A DNA stretch of 57,312 nucleotides, taken from positions 1 through 57,312 of the IMG/VR virus record IMGVR_UViG_3300046167_000369; one strand, given 5' to 3'. The notes under the pieces are model-generated. The model saw nothing but the letters and a program-made list of their open reading frames with translations. It was not told the origin of the DNA and ran no database searches. This DNA is from a virus. Its lineage: Duplodnaviria; Caudoviricetes. How positions within the stretch are numbered: position 1 is the stretch's first letter; every line of letters starts with the position of its first letter. Position numbers and translations under genes: made by a program. Of this stretch, positions 1 through 10,455 are shown piece by piece.

Positions 1-11
1 CCTAATCCCAT
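1..11 (-). CDS. 5' end of a gene running off the left edge (MGLG...)
   Basis: ATG GGA TTA GG at 11..1, preceded by a TATCTTTG promoter at 37..30. Confidence 0.5.
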
Positions 12-29
12 ATCTATTATTAATTATTA

Positions 30-37
30 CAAAGATA
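30..37 (-). promoter_or_regulatory. Bacteroidota -7 promoter box TATCTTTG
   Basis: Matches TAnnTTTG; intergenic, 18 nt before an ATG. Confidence 0.65.
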
Positions 38-48
38 ATTATTTATTA

Positions 49-2198
<2,150 letters not shown>

Positions 2199-2201
2199 AT
2201 A

Positions 2202-2684
2202 TTACCAACCTGCTAATAAATTTCCTGCTGTTGTTCCTGTTGTAAGTACTCGAGTGAGGTTTACTGGATGCCAACCTACTGGGGCTGCAACCATAATGCT
2301 CTCGTCACCACCTGCTGATACATATGCTAAGTCTCCAGGAGTTCCTACGTATATAACACAAGGGTATCCACCTTCTGCGTATATAGAGTAGCTATCTCCA
2401 GAACTACCAAGTGGTAGGTTGGGAGCCAAAGCTACAAAAGTTAAACTATTATTAGTTAAGCTTTCAATTAGTCCCTTCTGTTTTGTAGTGTTGTTTTGGA
2501 AAATCATTCCCGGCTTAATACCCAACTCAATAAAGTTCTTTGAAGAATCAAACAATATATAGTTCCCTGCTGCTCCAGTTATAGTTGAAGGAGGAAAGCA
2601 CTCAGTAGCTATATTAGGAATATCAATAAAGTCGCTTGGTACAGCGTCCATTGTTCTTGATACGCTGAGTTTTAAATATGCCAT
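2202..2684 (-). CDS. Hypothetical virion-associated protein
   Basis: 160-aa ORF directly upstream of the collagen gene, with its own promoter at 2711-2718. Confidence 0.7.
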   Translation of the reverse strand: MAYLKLSVSRTMDAVPSDFIDIPNIATECFPPSTITGAAGNYILFDSSKNFIELGIKPGMIFQNNTTKQKGLIESLTNNSLTFVALAPNLPLGSSGDSYSIYAEGGYPCVIYVGTPGDLAYVSAGGDESIMVAAPVGWHPVNLTRVLTTGTTAGNLLAGW

Positions 2685-2710
2685 AATTTATTTCTTTTTT
2701 TATATATCTA

Positions 2711-2718
2711 CAAAGGTA
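2711..2718 (-). promoter_or_regulatory. -7 promoter box TACCTTTG
   Basis: TAnnTTTG in the intergenic gap before the ATG at 2684. Confidence 0.6.
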
Positions 2719-2738
2719 CTTATTTTTTATTTTATCGT

Positions 2739-3134
2739 TCACTTCTTCTTTTCGACAAAAGTCTTCATCATCTTCTCTCCCGAACGACCAATAACATAAC
2801 CACCTATACCTAGCTGTAATAGGTTCCAAAACTCATTCTCAAGTTCAGGTATCCTTAAACCAAACAATGGTCCTATAAACTTTACATATATAACGATGAA
2901 ACCAAATGCTAACATAAGGATTGGTCTCCAACTTCTCTGTAGCCAATTACCCTTAGCCTCAGTTACAATGACCTCAGTCTGCATCTTCTGCAACTCTAAC
3001 TGCTTCTCGATTAGTATTTGCTTTACTACATTCTGAGCCTTTATCTTCTCCTCCTTAGAGGTGAACAAGCCGTCTAACCCTGAAAGTAAGTCCTTAACGA
3101 CACTACCTCCAAACCAATCAACTACTTTTTTCAT
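2739..3134 (-). CDS. Holin (3TM / GTA-holin-like)
   Basis: WLQRSWRP motif, hydrophobic helices, GYVIGRSGEK tail; next to the endolysin. Confidence 0.8.
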   Translation of the reverse strand: MKKVVDWFGGSVVKDLLSGLDGLFTSKEEKIKAQNVVKQILIEKQLELQKMQTEVIVTEAKGNWLQRSWRPILMLAFGFIVIYVKFIGPLFGLRIPELENEFWNLLQLGIGGYVIGRSGEKMMKTFVEKKK

Positions 3135-3142
3135 ATTGTATT

Positions 3143-3766
3143 TTATTTGGGTGCGTACTCCTTAGAGAATGCGTCTAGCCTGCGTAGCCAACCCCTTAGG
3201 AAACGTCTGTTGTTTTCGTATCTCTTTCTTGCAATCCTACTCCTACCGTTCGATGGCGTAGTAATGTAGTGGAAGAATGCTCTCCTTGCAGCTACACACT
3301 TCTTAAATAACTCCTTCTCATTCGAAGAGTTAATAGCACCCAACGTCTGTGGACCTATAAGACCGTCTACAGTTACACCTAACACTCTCTGCATCTGACG
3401 GATTGCAGTTTTTGCTCCGGACCCCCAAGCCCAAGAGACTAAACAGTCTGCTATACTTTGATGTTTTATCTGGTCGCCCTTGACAGCGTCCCAGTATTTA
3501 GATTTAAAAATCAATCCCCAATCATCGTGGTTCATCTCCAAGAAGCGGTCAACCTGATCAGTACCGAAAACCCCTACCCAAGCCTTATAGGTCACCCCCT
3601 TCACCGTGTGTATCTTGTCAACACCACAGTGGTAGCTTGAAGCCGAGTCCTTTGGATCATTGCTTTCGCCTCCCTCCCAACGATAGAAGAATGGTATAAT
3701 ATTCGTGTGAACAGCCATACTCTTCTTCTTAGGTATAAATGATTTTAAAAAATCCTTAATCTTCAT
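3143..3766 (-). CDS. Endolysin, glycoside hydrolase family 108 with peptidoglycan-binding domain
   Basis: N-terminal WEGGESNDPKD motif, VDGLIGPQTL, C-terminal FLRGWLRR. Confidence 0.85.
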   Translation of the reverse strand: MKIKDFLKSFIPKKKSMAVHTNIIPFFYRWEGGESNDPKDSASSYHCGVDKIHTVKGVTYKAWVGVFGTDQVDRFLEMNHDDWGLIFKSKYWDAVKGDQIKHQSIADCLVSWAWGSGAKTAIRQMQRVLGVTVDGLIGPQTLGAINSSNEKELFKKCVAARRAFFHYITTPSNGRSRIARKRYENNRRFLRGWLRRLDAFSKEYAPK

Positions 3767-3923
3767 TTTGTTTTTTTCTTAATAAGTTCCACTTGTATAG
3801 GGTATATCCCAAAGATACAAATAGCAACATTATTTTCAAAGTCATCTCAACGGTAGAGAAAGACACTGCTAACGATCCTGCGTTAAGCAGATACAACTTC
3901 AAGTCTGACATCCAATCACTCAT
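3756..3923 (-). CDS. Small membrane protein (holin/antiholin-like), 55 aa
   Basis: Hand-translated MSDWMSDLKLYLLNAGSLAVSFSTVEMTLKIMLLFVSLGYTLYKWNLLRKKQNED; overlaps the endolysin start. Confidence 0.6.
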   Translation of the reverse strand: MSDWMSDLKLYLLNAGSLAVSFSTVEMTLKIMLLFVSLGYTLYKWNLLRKKQNED

Positions 3924-4002
3924 TTTTTTTCTAATTCATAATTGATATGAACATCACTCCCATATGTACTCGTAGTTGTATAGTATCCGTTCATATCTAC
4001 TC

Positions 4003-4158
4003 TTATTTCTTGTATGGAAACTTTTGATTGAGGGCAGTCTTTCTCTTGCTGCAACCACAATCTTTTCCTGTAGCCTTCGCTACCTTATCCACTACTCTCT
4101 TTATTCCTGTTGCCTTAGTGAACTTCTCAACAGTATCTCCTAATCCTTTTGATTTCAT
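4003..4158 (-). CDS. Small basic Cys-containing protein, 51 aa
   Basis: MKSKGLGDTVEKFTKATGIK...DCGCSKRKTALNQKFPYKK; tightly packed in the operon. Confidence 0.7.
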   Translation of the reverse strand: MKSKGLGDTVEKFTKATGIKRVVDKVAKATGKDCGCSKRKTALNQKFPYKK

Positions 4159-4163
4159 TCTAT

Positions 4164-4307
4164 TTATTTTTTACAAGTGCATACCTTGTGTGGGCATTCC
4201 TCTGCCACCTTGAACATAATCTTAGATACAAGCCAATTCCAATTGCACTTCAACTTAGCGAATGTTCTTTGCATCCATAGTCCTAGTCTTACTAATGCTT
4301 TTCCCAT
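4164..4307 (-). CDS. Small basic amphipathic protein, 47 aa
   Basis: MGKALVRLGLWMQRTFAKLKCNWNWLVSKIMFKVAEECPHKVCTCKK. Confidence 0.6.
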   Translation of the reverse strand: MGKALVRLGLWMQRTFAKLKCNWNWLVSKIMFKVAEECPHKVCTCKK

Positions 4308-4319
4308 AACTTTTTTTAA

Positions 4320-4480
4320 TTAAGCACCGCAACGACCACCTACACAAATCTTTTTCATCTTCTTGCGTGAGTGTGCCTTCCTTACGTTCTTAGGTTTAAA
4401 TTTCTTTTTCTTTCTCATTCTATCCCCAGGTCCTCCAAATGTAGGAGCCAATGGGTTTGCTAAATCTCTTTATACTCCAT
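4320..4480 (-). CDS. Small K/R-rich protein (paralog of 4483..4638), 1-nt deletion near the start
   Basis: Restoring one A gives MEYKRDLANPLAPTFGGPGDRMRKKKKFKPK...CVGGRCGA. Confidence 0.55.
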
Positions 4481-4482
4481 AA

Positions 4483-4638
4483 CTATCTACGTCTTGCTTG
4501 TCTCGCTCGTTTCTTAGGACTTCTGTATTTTCCTCCCGACTTGATTCGCTTGTTACCACATTTCTTCTTACCTCGGTCTCCCGGTCCACAAGCTTCAGAT
4601 GGTGCTAGTGGTGTTGCTAAATCTCTTTTATACTCCAT
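4483..4638 (-). CDS. Small K/R-rich protein, 51 aa
   Basis: MEYKRDLATPLAPSEACGPGDRGKKKCGNKRIKSGGKYRSPKKRARQARRR; promoter at 4663-4670. Confidence 0.65.
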   Translation of the reverse strand: MEYKRDLATPLAPSEACGPGDRGKKKCGNKRIKSGGKYRSPKKRARQARRR

Positions 4639-4662
4639 ATATTTTTTTTAAAATCCTGATTA

Positions 4663-4670
4663 CAAATATA
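4663..4670 (-). promoter_or_regulatory. -7 promoter box TATATTTG
   Basis: TAnnTTTG, intergenic. Confidence 0.6.
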
Positions 4671-4961
4671 CTAATATTTTCCTTGGCGGTTTTTTGGAGA
4701 AGAAGCAGTAGAACCTCCCTTTCCTGCCCACAGCTTCTTGCAAGACCAGTACCTAGCAGTAAGCTTACTCTTTGCTGTACTACATTTGTGACGAGCCTTG
4801 AATGACTTACGTGCAGCAGCAGAATAATTGTGACCGTAACCCTTTGCGCCAAAGTGAATTAGCTTTTCCTTTCCACCCTCGCAAGCCTTAACCATCTTTT
4901 TCTTTCCTGCCCTGTCGCTCTTCATAACAACGTTGCACTTCATCTTCTGCTTGTATGCCAT
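4671..4961 (-). CDS. Small basic phage protein, 96 aa
   Basis: KLIHFGAKGY...RKSFKARHKC...TARYWSCKKLW; coupled to the upstream gene. Confidence 0.75.
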   Translation of the reverse strand: MAYKQKMKCNVVMKSDRAGKKKMVKACEGGKEKLIHFGAKGYGHNYSAAARKSFKARHKCSTAKSKLTARYWSCKKLWAGKGGSTASSPKNRQGKY

Positions 4962-5312
4962 TACTTCTTTCTTTTAATACTTTTTACTCTCTTACCCATA
5001 CCAACCTTAGCCTTCTCAGCCTTCTTCTTCTTTAGAAGCGCACTGCTCATCTCATACTTTGTACGTGGTGTCTTTGAAGATACTCGCTTCGATGGACGGC
5101 AGTACTCGTTCTTGCCACCCGATCCACACGGCTTTCCCGTCCTGGTGTCTACCCACTTCTCCTTGCCCCATCTCTTTAGTGCTGTACCCGACTCTGTCTT
5201 GCGTACCTTGCCCTTACCCTTGCGACACTTCGCAATAGCTTGAGATGCACGAGCAGAAGGGAAACACCTTGTACTGCGCCTTTACTTTTTTATAACAAGC
5301 GTCCTTTGGCAT
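4961..5312 (-). CDS. Basic phage protein (DUF5872-like), one frameshift
   Basis: MPKDACYKKVKAQYKVFPSARASQAIAKCRK...LKRWGKEKWVD...YCRPSKRVSSKTP; extra base near 5260. Confidence 0.65.
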
Positions 5313-5443
5313 TACTTTTTCTTTTTACCGCACTTGGCGTATACACTATTAGCGATTTGTTTGTTAGAAGGTAGCCCTTGCTTTTCCGGCTTGCCACCCA
5401 TTGACTTATTCGCTCCTGTGAAATATGGTTTTAAATTTTTCAT
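5312..5443 (-). CDS. Small basic protein, 43 aa
   Basis: MKNLKPYFTGANKSMGGKPEKQ...YAKCGKKKK; stop/start overlaps on both sides. Confidence 0.6.
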   Translation of the reverse strand: MKNLKPYFTGANKSMGGKPEKQGLPSNKQIANSVYAKCGKKKK

Positions 5444-5565
5444 TTTCCTTGTCCTTTATATTTTTTCTTCCAACCGTTTTGGTTCTTACTTGCATTCTTA
5501 GAATGGACACCTGCTCTCTTGGTGCTTTTCTTTTTACTATAAGTGCTTGATGATATCTTTGCCAT
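5440..5565 (-). CDS. Small basic protein, 41 aa
   Basis: MAKISSSTYSKKKSTKRAGVHSK...KKKYKGQGK; the true start is probably 5565 rather than 5688. Confidence 0.65.
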   Translation of the reverse strand: MAKISSSTYSKKKSTKRAGVHSKNASKNQNGWKKKYKGQGK

Positions 5566-5567
5566 CT

Positions 5568-5849
5568 CTATCCTCTTTGACTTCTGTTGTTTTTCTTTCT
5601 CTGTAGCCTTGTAGTCCTTCCACCAAATGACAATCCAGTTCCAGAGCCTGACGTTCTTCTGCCAGACCTGTTCTTTCTTTCCTCCCACTTCATAACGTCC
5701 TTGTTACGGAAGTTAGCAGCGTTTAGGTCAACAACAGATTTTTCCAATGAAGCTATCCTTGCATCTTTAGCTGCCTCCTTAGCCTTAGCCTTCGCCTCCT
5801 TAGCCTGACATTTCTTTAACGCTTCTCCTTTTAGGTCTTTACAACTCAT
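5568..5849 (-). CDS. Basic hypothetical protein, 93 aa
   Basis: First gene after the promoter at 5877-5884. Confidence 0.7.
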   Translation of the reverse strand: MSCKDLKGEALKKCQAKEAKAKAKEAAKDARIASLEKSVVDLNAANFRNKDVMKWEERKNRSGRRTSGSGTGLSFGGRTTRLQRKKNNRSQRG

Positions 5850-5865
5850 AGTAATCTTTTATTCT

Positions 5866-5884
5866 TAACTTTACTACAAAGTTA
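5866..5884. promoter_or_regulatory. Overlapping divergent promoter region: TAACTTTG (- strand, 5884..5877) and TAACTTTA variant (+ strand, 5866..5873)
   Basis: 49-bp gap between divergent genes holds a perfect -7 box on one strand and a near-perfect one on the other. Confidence 0.55.
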
Positions 5885-5898
5885 TTAAATTTAATTAA

Positions 5899-6327
5899 AT
5901 GGTTGATTACCTAAAATACTGGAGGGTTATACGTCACTACGCAAAAAGAAAGTATGGCGTTACAACACCCGAACTTGAAATGCTCCTGTTCCTAAGGAGT
6001 GAAAAATATTTCTCTAAAGACGACTTCGATGAGTACAACGAACTAATGAGTTGGGATAAGAATATCTTCGAGAAGATGAGAACGGACGGATGGATAGATG
6101 TGTTCAGAAAGAAGCAAGGAAACAGAAGGGTTATATACCAACTCTCATACAAGGGGCAGCGTATGCTGACAAGTATATATAAAAAATTAGAGGGCGAAGA
6201 GATACCCGAAAGTGAATCTTCAAACCCTCTATTTGGGAGAAACTTAAATTATACCGATAAGGTATACAGAAACTATATCAAGAAGTTGAACCAGTCTATT
6301 CGACAACAACAACGTCTCTCTCGATAA
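5899..6327 (+). CDS. Putative winged-helix (MarR-like) transcription regulator
   Basis: TTPELEMLLFL...GWIDVF...YQLSYKGQRM pattern; only + strand gene in this block, divergent from the basic-protein/lysis operon. Confidence 0.6.
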   Translation: MVDYLKYWRVIRHYAKRKYGVTTPELEMLLFLRSEKYFSKDDFDEYNELMSWDKNIFEKMRTDGWIDVFRKKQGNRRVIYQLSYKGQRMLTSIYKKLEGEEIPESESSNPLFGRNLNYTDKVYRNYIKKLNQSIRQQQRLSR

Positions 6328-6553
6328 TAACCGTATACTGCTCACCGTTTACTACCATCGTATGACCTGCCCTTGAGTCATAGAATATAGTGTCCCCGGA
6401 TGATATAACATCAACATCAGTCCCTGACTGTGCAACGACAGCCTTCTTGTAACGTATGTCAGCTACATCACTTGCAGATAACAACAGACCTGAGTCCGTC
6501 TTTATCTCTTCCCTTATCTCTTTTACTAGAATGTATTTTCCAATTGGTCTCAT
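6296..6553 (-). CDS. groES: Co-chaperonin GroES
   Basis: MRPIGKYILVK, mobile loop KTDSGLLL, SGDTIFY, IIERDVV; ATGA overlap with groEL. Confidence 0.9.
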   Translation of the reverse strand: MRPIGKYILVKEIREEIKTDSGLLLSASDVADIRYKKAVVAQSGTDVDVISSGDTIFYDSRAGHTMVVNGEQYTVIIERDVVVVE

Positions 6554-8127
6554 TTGTCCTCGTATGTTCGTGCCATTGTAATAATAGCGTTAGTAGATAG
6601 TAGAGTTACCGCAACAGACACAGCGTTCTGTAGGGCGCATTTAGTGACCTTCATAGGGTCGATCACACCCATCTTATACATATCACCCCACTCGTTTGTT
6701 TTAACGTTGTATCCGTGGCTAAAATCGCCTCTGTTGTCGACATTCTCCATAGATGGTATCCCTGCGTTGTCACATATCTGAACAAATGGAGCGCGTAGCG
6801 CTCGCGACAAAATTTTACCGGCAGCACTGTTGTCCATATTTTCAACCGCCTTTACTAAGGCTGTTCCACCACCTGGAAGTATTCCCTCCTCCAAGGCTGA
6901 ACGTACAGCACATACCGCATCGTCAACACGATCGTACAACTCCTTTTGCTCAAGGTCAGTCTTTCCACCTACGTAGATTACACCAACACCACCGGTGAGA
7001 GATGCAATACGTGACAGGATGAACTCCTTGTCGTGCTTCTTCTTTGTTATCTTCAATGCCTCACGTAGCTGTGATACCCTCTCAGCAATCTCAGGAGTGG
7101 TCTCAACCTCGTCCTTAACAATCACAGTTGACTCAGCATTCACGATAACCTTCGAGCAGTGACCAAGGTCGCTAAGTGTCATAAGCGATAAGTCATCACC
7201 AGTCTTCTCACTGAAGTAGGTAGCACCAACACTAACCGCAATGTCCTGCATTAGTTCGTGCTGCTTGTAGCCAAACGATGGCGGTCCAATAGTACACAGC
7301 TTAAGGTTGCTCTTCATTACATTCGCAGCCAACGTATTCACAACGTTAGTTGACGTAGGTGCGATAATCAATAATCTCTTCTGCTCCTGGATGATTGGTT
7401 TCAATACGTTCTCGATGCTCAAGATGTTCTCGATAGGCGCATCACTAACAAGTACGTAGCAGTCCTCGAGTATACACTCGTCCTTCTTCTGGTCGTTGAT
7501 GAACAACGGTGACTCATACCCACGCTCAATCTTTAACCCCTGTGTGGTCTCGAAGTATGTGTCCGAACTCTGTGACTTGTCAACGGTAACGATACCGTCC
7601 TTGCCAACCTTCTTGTATACACTAGCAATGATGTTACCCAAAGCCTCGTCATTGTTTGCCGAAATAGTAGCAACGTCCTTCAAGGTCTTGTTGGTTACCT
7701 TCTTCGCCTTGGACTTTAATTCAGATATAATAAACTCAGTCTTACTAACCAAGTCACGCAACACCTCAGTCTTGTTAGCCGAGTTAGTAATCTCTGCACC
7801 CGCATTGATCAACGCCTCGGTTAAAACAATAGCAGTAGTTGTACCATCACCCGCCTGCGCAGCAGTGCGCTCAGATGCCTGCTTCATTATACGGACCGCT
7901 AAGTTCTCAGTAGGGTCGAGTAACGATACCGCCTTGGCGACAGTTACACCATCCTTGGTTACAGTTATTCCGTGTGTGTGATTCGGTGATTCAATCAGAA
8001 CAGTTTGACCCGAAGGTCCTAAAGTTGATTTGACAGCAGAAGCAATCTTCTCTATTCCACTGTAAAGTTTCTTTCTACCTTCATCATCGAAGTGAAGGTT
8101 CTTTGGTGAGTATCCAATCTCAGACAT
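6550..8127 (-). CDS. groEL: Phage chaperonin GroEL
   Basis: TLGPSG, VTKDGVTVAK, AGDGTTTA, EEGILPGGG, GVIDPMKV; no GGM tail. Confidence 0.96.
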   Translation of the reverse strand: MSEIGYSPKNLHFDDEGRKKLYSGIEKIASAVKSTLGPSGQTVLIESPNHTHGITVTKDGVTVAKAVSLLDPTENLAVRIMKQASERTAAQAGDGTTTAIVLTEALINAGAEITNSANKTEVLRDLVSKTEFIISELKSKAKKVTNKTLKDVATISANNDEALGNIIASVYKKVGKDGIVTVDKSQSSDTYFETTQGLKIERGYESPLFINDQKKDECILEDCYVLVSDAPIENILSIENVLKPIIQEQKRLLIIAPTSTNVVNTLAANVMKSNLKLCTIGPPSFGYKQHELMQDIAVSVGATYFSEKTGDDLSLMTLSDLGHCSKVIVNAESTVIVKDEVETTPEIAERVSQLREALKITKKKHDKEFILSRIASLTGGVGVIYVGGKTDLEQKELYDRVDDAVCAVRSALEEGILPGGGTALVKAVENMDNSAAGKILSRALRAPFVQICDNAGIPSMENVDNRGDFSHGYNVKTNEWGDMYKMGVIDPMKVTKCALQNAVSVAVTLLSTNAIITMARTYEDK

Positions 8128-8150
8128 AATTAATTTAATTTAAGTTTCAG

Positions 8151-8158
8151 CAAATATA
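8151..8158 (-). promoter_or_regulatory. -7 promoter box TATATTTG for groEL-groES
   Basis: TAnnTTTG 23 nt before the groEL ATG. Confidence 0.65.
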
Positions 8159-8178
8159 ACAATTATATTACTAACTCA

Positions 8179-8368
8179 CAAATGTCAAATGTCAAAATTA
8201 AACTTCCCTATACTACTACTACTACTTTCTTCTTCTTTATTTATACTATCTATGATAGACTTTTTTTTAACATTTTCAACATAAAATAAATAATAGAATG
8301 ATAATCAGTAAGTTACAAAAAAATAATCAACATAAAATCAACACCAAAAAAAACAATTGTGTCGATTA
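8179..8368. repeat. Origin-like element, copy A (diverged direct repeat of 18508..18665)
   Basis: Shares CAAATGT, CCCTATACTACT, TGATAATCARTAAGTTA and an exact 23-mer AATAATCAACATAAAATCAACAC (8322-8344), in the same order. Confidence 0.75.
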
Positions 8369-8383
8369 TTAAAATAATCAAAC

Positions 8384-8418
8384 AAAAAAAGAGGAAAACC
8401 TAAATGATCCTCCTCTCA
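8384..8418 (-). terminator. Intrinsic terminator after 8444..8638
   Basis: Minus strand AGAGGAGGATC-ATTTA-GGTTTTCCTCT followed by a T run. Confidence 0.6.
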
Positions 8419-8443
8419 ATTTTTCCGAATGACAATTGGTAAA

Positions 8444-8638
8444 CTACATTCTGTAGAAGCTTTTCTTGTTCTCAGCCAACTCAATTCCGTCAGCAATCAT
8501 ATTAACTTTCTTCGCTCGGTGTAATGTCTTACGAACATTTGCCGCCTGCTGAATACCAGATACGCCACAAGGTCTGTCATTGATTAATCGACCATCCTTG
8601 ACAGTCAATCCTCCCATACTCTTATACTTCATATCCAT
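8444..8638 (-). CDS. Hypothetical protein, 64 aa, monocistronic
   Basis: Own promoter (8655-8662) and terminator. Confidence 0.7.
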   Translation of the reverse strand: MDMKYKSMGGLTVKDGRLINDRPCGVSGIQQAANVRKTLHRAKKVNMIADGIELAENKKSFYRM

Positions 8639-8654
8639 AACTTATTTGTTTATA

Positions 8655-8662
8655 CAAAGATA
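8655..8662 (-). promoter_or_regulatory. -7 promoter box TATCTTTG
   Basis: TAnnTTTG 16 nt before the ATG. Confidence 0.65.
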
Positions 8663-8688
8663 AAAATATATTTAGACACATATAGTAT

Positions 8689-9065
8689 TTGGGTTCTATA
8701 GCATTTTACGCAAAGCCGCCCAAAACTAAAACCGATTTTTTTCTTGGGGGTGGGGTTCCAATCCCAATGGCCGCATCCCGATTTTTTTGGCTTTTTGTAT
8801 ACCAGGGTATCTACTACGGTCTCTCCAGGGTAATGATGTTTTCCTGGAGCGCGTCCTGCGCTCCCTATGTCCCCTGTTCACGCATCCCGTTATACCTGTT
8901 GCCCCATCTCCCGACCGCATTGCTACGGATATACAAAGCAAATGCATTGTAAAAGGCACAGAGAGATGCCCTTAATCCCCCCCCGAAATGAAATAAACGC
9001 AAATGATTTGCGGTAATTAGAAAAAAAAGTTTCGCTCTGAAACCCAGGCTGGGCAAGGGATTGAG
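8689..9065. other. GC-richer non-coding region at the strand switch; candidate genome terminus / packaging region
   Basis: G/C runs (GGGGGTGGGG, C8), no convincing ORF, perfect palindrome CGCAAAT-G-ATTTGCG at 8998-9012; lies between divergent promoters. Confidence 0.45.
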
Positions 9066-9083
9066 AAGATGTTGAATTTTTTT

Positions 9084-9126
9084 TTAGACAAAAATTGTAC
9101 AGAAGTCAAAAAGATTACTAACTTTG
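9084..9126 (+). promoter_or_regulatory. Major early promoter (-33 TTG, -7 TAACTTTG)
   Basis: TTAGACA-aaaa-TTGTAC...TAACTTTG at the head of the + arm. Confidence 0.7.
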
Positions 9127-9188
9127 TAGTGCCAACGGGCAATATATATAACAATAAAACAAGTTAAAGTACTGAAAATCAACAAGTT

Positions 9189-9368
9189 ATGAAAAAAGAA
9201 ACAACACAAAACACTGAGAATCAAGCAGTTAGCGGAATGGATAAACTAATAGCATTTAGTGATTACCTTGAGAAAATAGGATACAGTCTTGAAGGGATTA
9301 GCTTTCAAAATGCCGTGTCACTACGGATAGATGTTGAAAAGGTAATATCAGAAAAACTAACAAAATAA
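9189..9368 (+). CDS. First early protein, 59 aa (not in the ORF track)
   Basis: MKKETTQNTENQAVSGMDKLIAFSDYLEKIGYSLEG...VISEKLTK; stop lies 5 nt before repeat copy 1. Confidence 0.7.
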   Translation: MKKETTQNTENQAVSGMDKLIAFSDYLEKIGYSLEGISFQNAVSLRIDVEKVISEKLTK

Positions 9369-9373
9369 GTATA

Positions 9374-9398
9374 AACAAGGGGAGCGCAATGCTCCCCA
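9374..9398 (+). repeat. 25-bp intergenic hairpin repeat, copy 1
   Basis: AACAAGGGGAGCGCAATGCTCCCCA; stem GGGGAGC/GCTCCCC, loop GCAAT. Confidence 0.97.
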
Positions 9399-9412
9399 TA
9401 AAAACAATAACT

Positions 9413-9799
9413 ATGAACACAAACGAAAAAATTCACAAAGCATTTAATAACAGAGAAACAATTGAAGTTGAAAACATTTTTAAACCAAACACAATGAAAC
9501 AATCAATCAAGGAAGAACTACTATCGCACATTGAAGACTGCAAGAACGATTTTGAACAAGTAAGTCATTTCAATATGTTCAACGAGGACTATTACCTAAT
9601 CGGTTATAATAATTGCAACGAATGGTTAAAGAAACACGATATAGGTGTGTTTGAAGGTGTAAACATTTGCAAAGATTTTGAACGTGATAACTACGGAGAA
9701 GTTCAAACGGATTTCGATAACTCTGAAAAATTAGTAAACAATTTGGTCTATTGGTATGGATTAGAATTGTGTAACGAATTAGGAATTGAATTAGATTAA
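9413..9799 (+). CDS. Early hypothetical protein; N-terminal 25 aa shared with the 10470 gene; possible internal start at 9494
   Basis: ORF fills the space between repeats 1 and 2. Confidence 0.8.
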   Translation: MNTNEKIHKAFNNRETIEVENIFKPNTMKQSIKEELLSHIEDCKNDFEQVSHFNMFNEDYYLIGYNNCNEWLKKHDIGVFEGVNICKDFERDNYGEVQTDFDNSEKLVNNLVYWYGLELCNELGIELD

Positions 9800-9802
9800 T
9801 TA

Positions 9803-9827
9803 AACAAGGGGAGCGCAATGCTCCCCA
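9803..9827 (+). repeat. 25-bp hairpin repeat, copy 2
   Basis: Identical to copy 1. Confidence 0.97.
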
Positions 9828-9842
9828 CAAAACCAAATAACT

Positions 9843-10136
9843 ATGAAGTACGCAAGAAAATGTGACATAACAAATGAGCCAATGAATGAGGGTTACTGCA
9901 TTCAAGATGGTGTAATGTATATTAAATACGAAGATGATTTCATAAAGCATTTAAGAGACGTTGAGAAGGAAGACAACTCCGAATATGATAAAGATGTTTC
10001 AGAGGGTAGATTAACCGATGACTGCTTAATAAATGATTACTATGAAGCTGACTATTACTATTGGACAGAATGGGAAGATGAATCAGAATACCAATACGAA
10101 ATTATAAATGGTACACTAACTTTAATAGAAGATTAA
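9843..10136 (+). CDS. Acidic early hypothetical protein, 97 aa
   Basis: ORF fills the space between repeats 2 and 3; rich in D/E/Y. Confidence 0.8.
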   Translation: MKYARKCDITNEPMNEGYCIQDGVMYIKYEDDFIKHLRDVEKEDNSEYDKDVSEGRLTDDCLINDYYEADYYYWTEWEDESEYQYEIINGTLTLIED

Positions 10137-10139
10137 ATT

Positions 10140-10164
10140 AACAAGGGGAGCGCAATGCTCCCCA
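10140..10164 (+). repeat. 25-bp hairpin repeat, copy 3
   Basis: Identical to copy 1. Confidence 0.97.
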
Positions 10165-10185
10165 TTTAAACCAAACACAATAACG

Positions 10186-10425
10186 ATGAACCAGGAAACG
10201 ATAAACTACTACACAGACGAATTGAAGAGATTCAAAAACGTATCAAGCAAGAAAGCATTTCTAACGAGAAGCAAGAAGGAGGTACAAGAGTACATTAAAG
10301 ACTTGAACTGGGCATTGGATGGTCGTGGATGGCTCTACGGGGAGCGAGTACACCAGGGTCTGGTATGGGAGCAAGAAGATGAGTTAAGACTAATAGAAAA
10401 GCTATATAATAAACTAACAAAGTAA
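10186..10425 (+). CDS. Early hypothetical protein, 79 aa
   Basis: ORF fills the space between repeats 3 and 4. Confidence 0.8.
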   Translation: MNQETINYYTDELKRFKNVSSKKAFLTRSKKEVQEYIKDLNWALDGRGWLYGERVHQGLVWEQEDELRLIEKLYNKLTK

Positions 10426-10430
10426 ATATT

Positions 10431-10455
10431 AACAAGGGGAGCGCAATGCTCCCCA
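10431..10455 (+). repeat. 25-bp hairpin repeat, copy 4
   Basis: Identical to copy 1. Confidence 0.97.

Noticed and set aside
8689-9056. Four short overlapping ORFs in the GC-richer island
   Set aside because: They overlap each other on both strands, have atypical composition and lack A-rich leaders.
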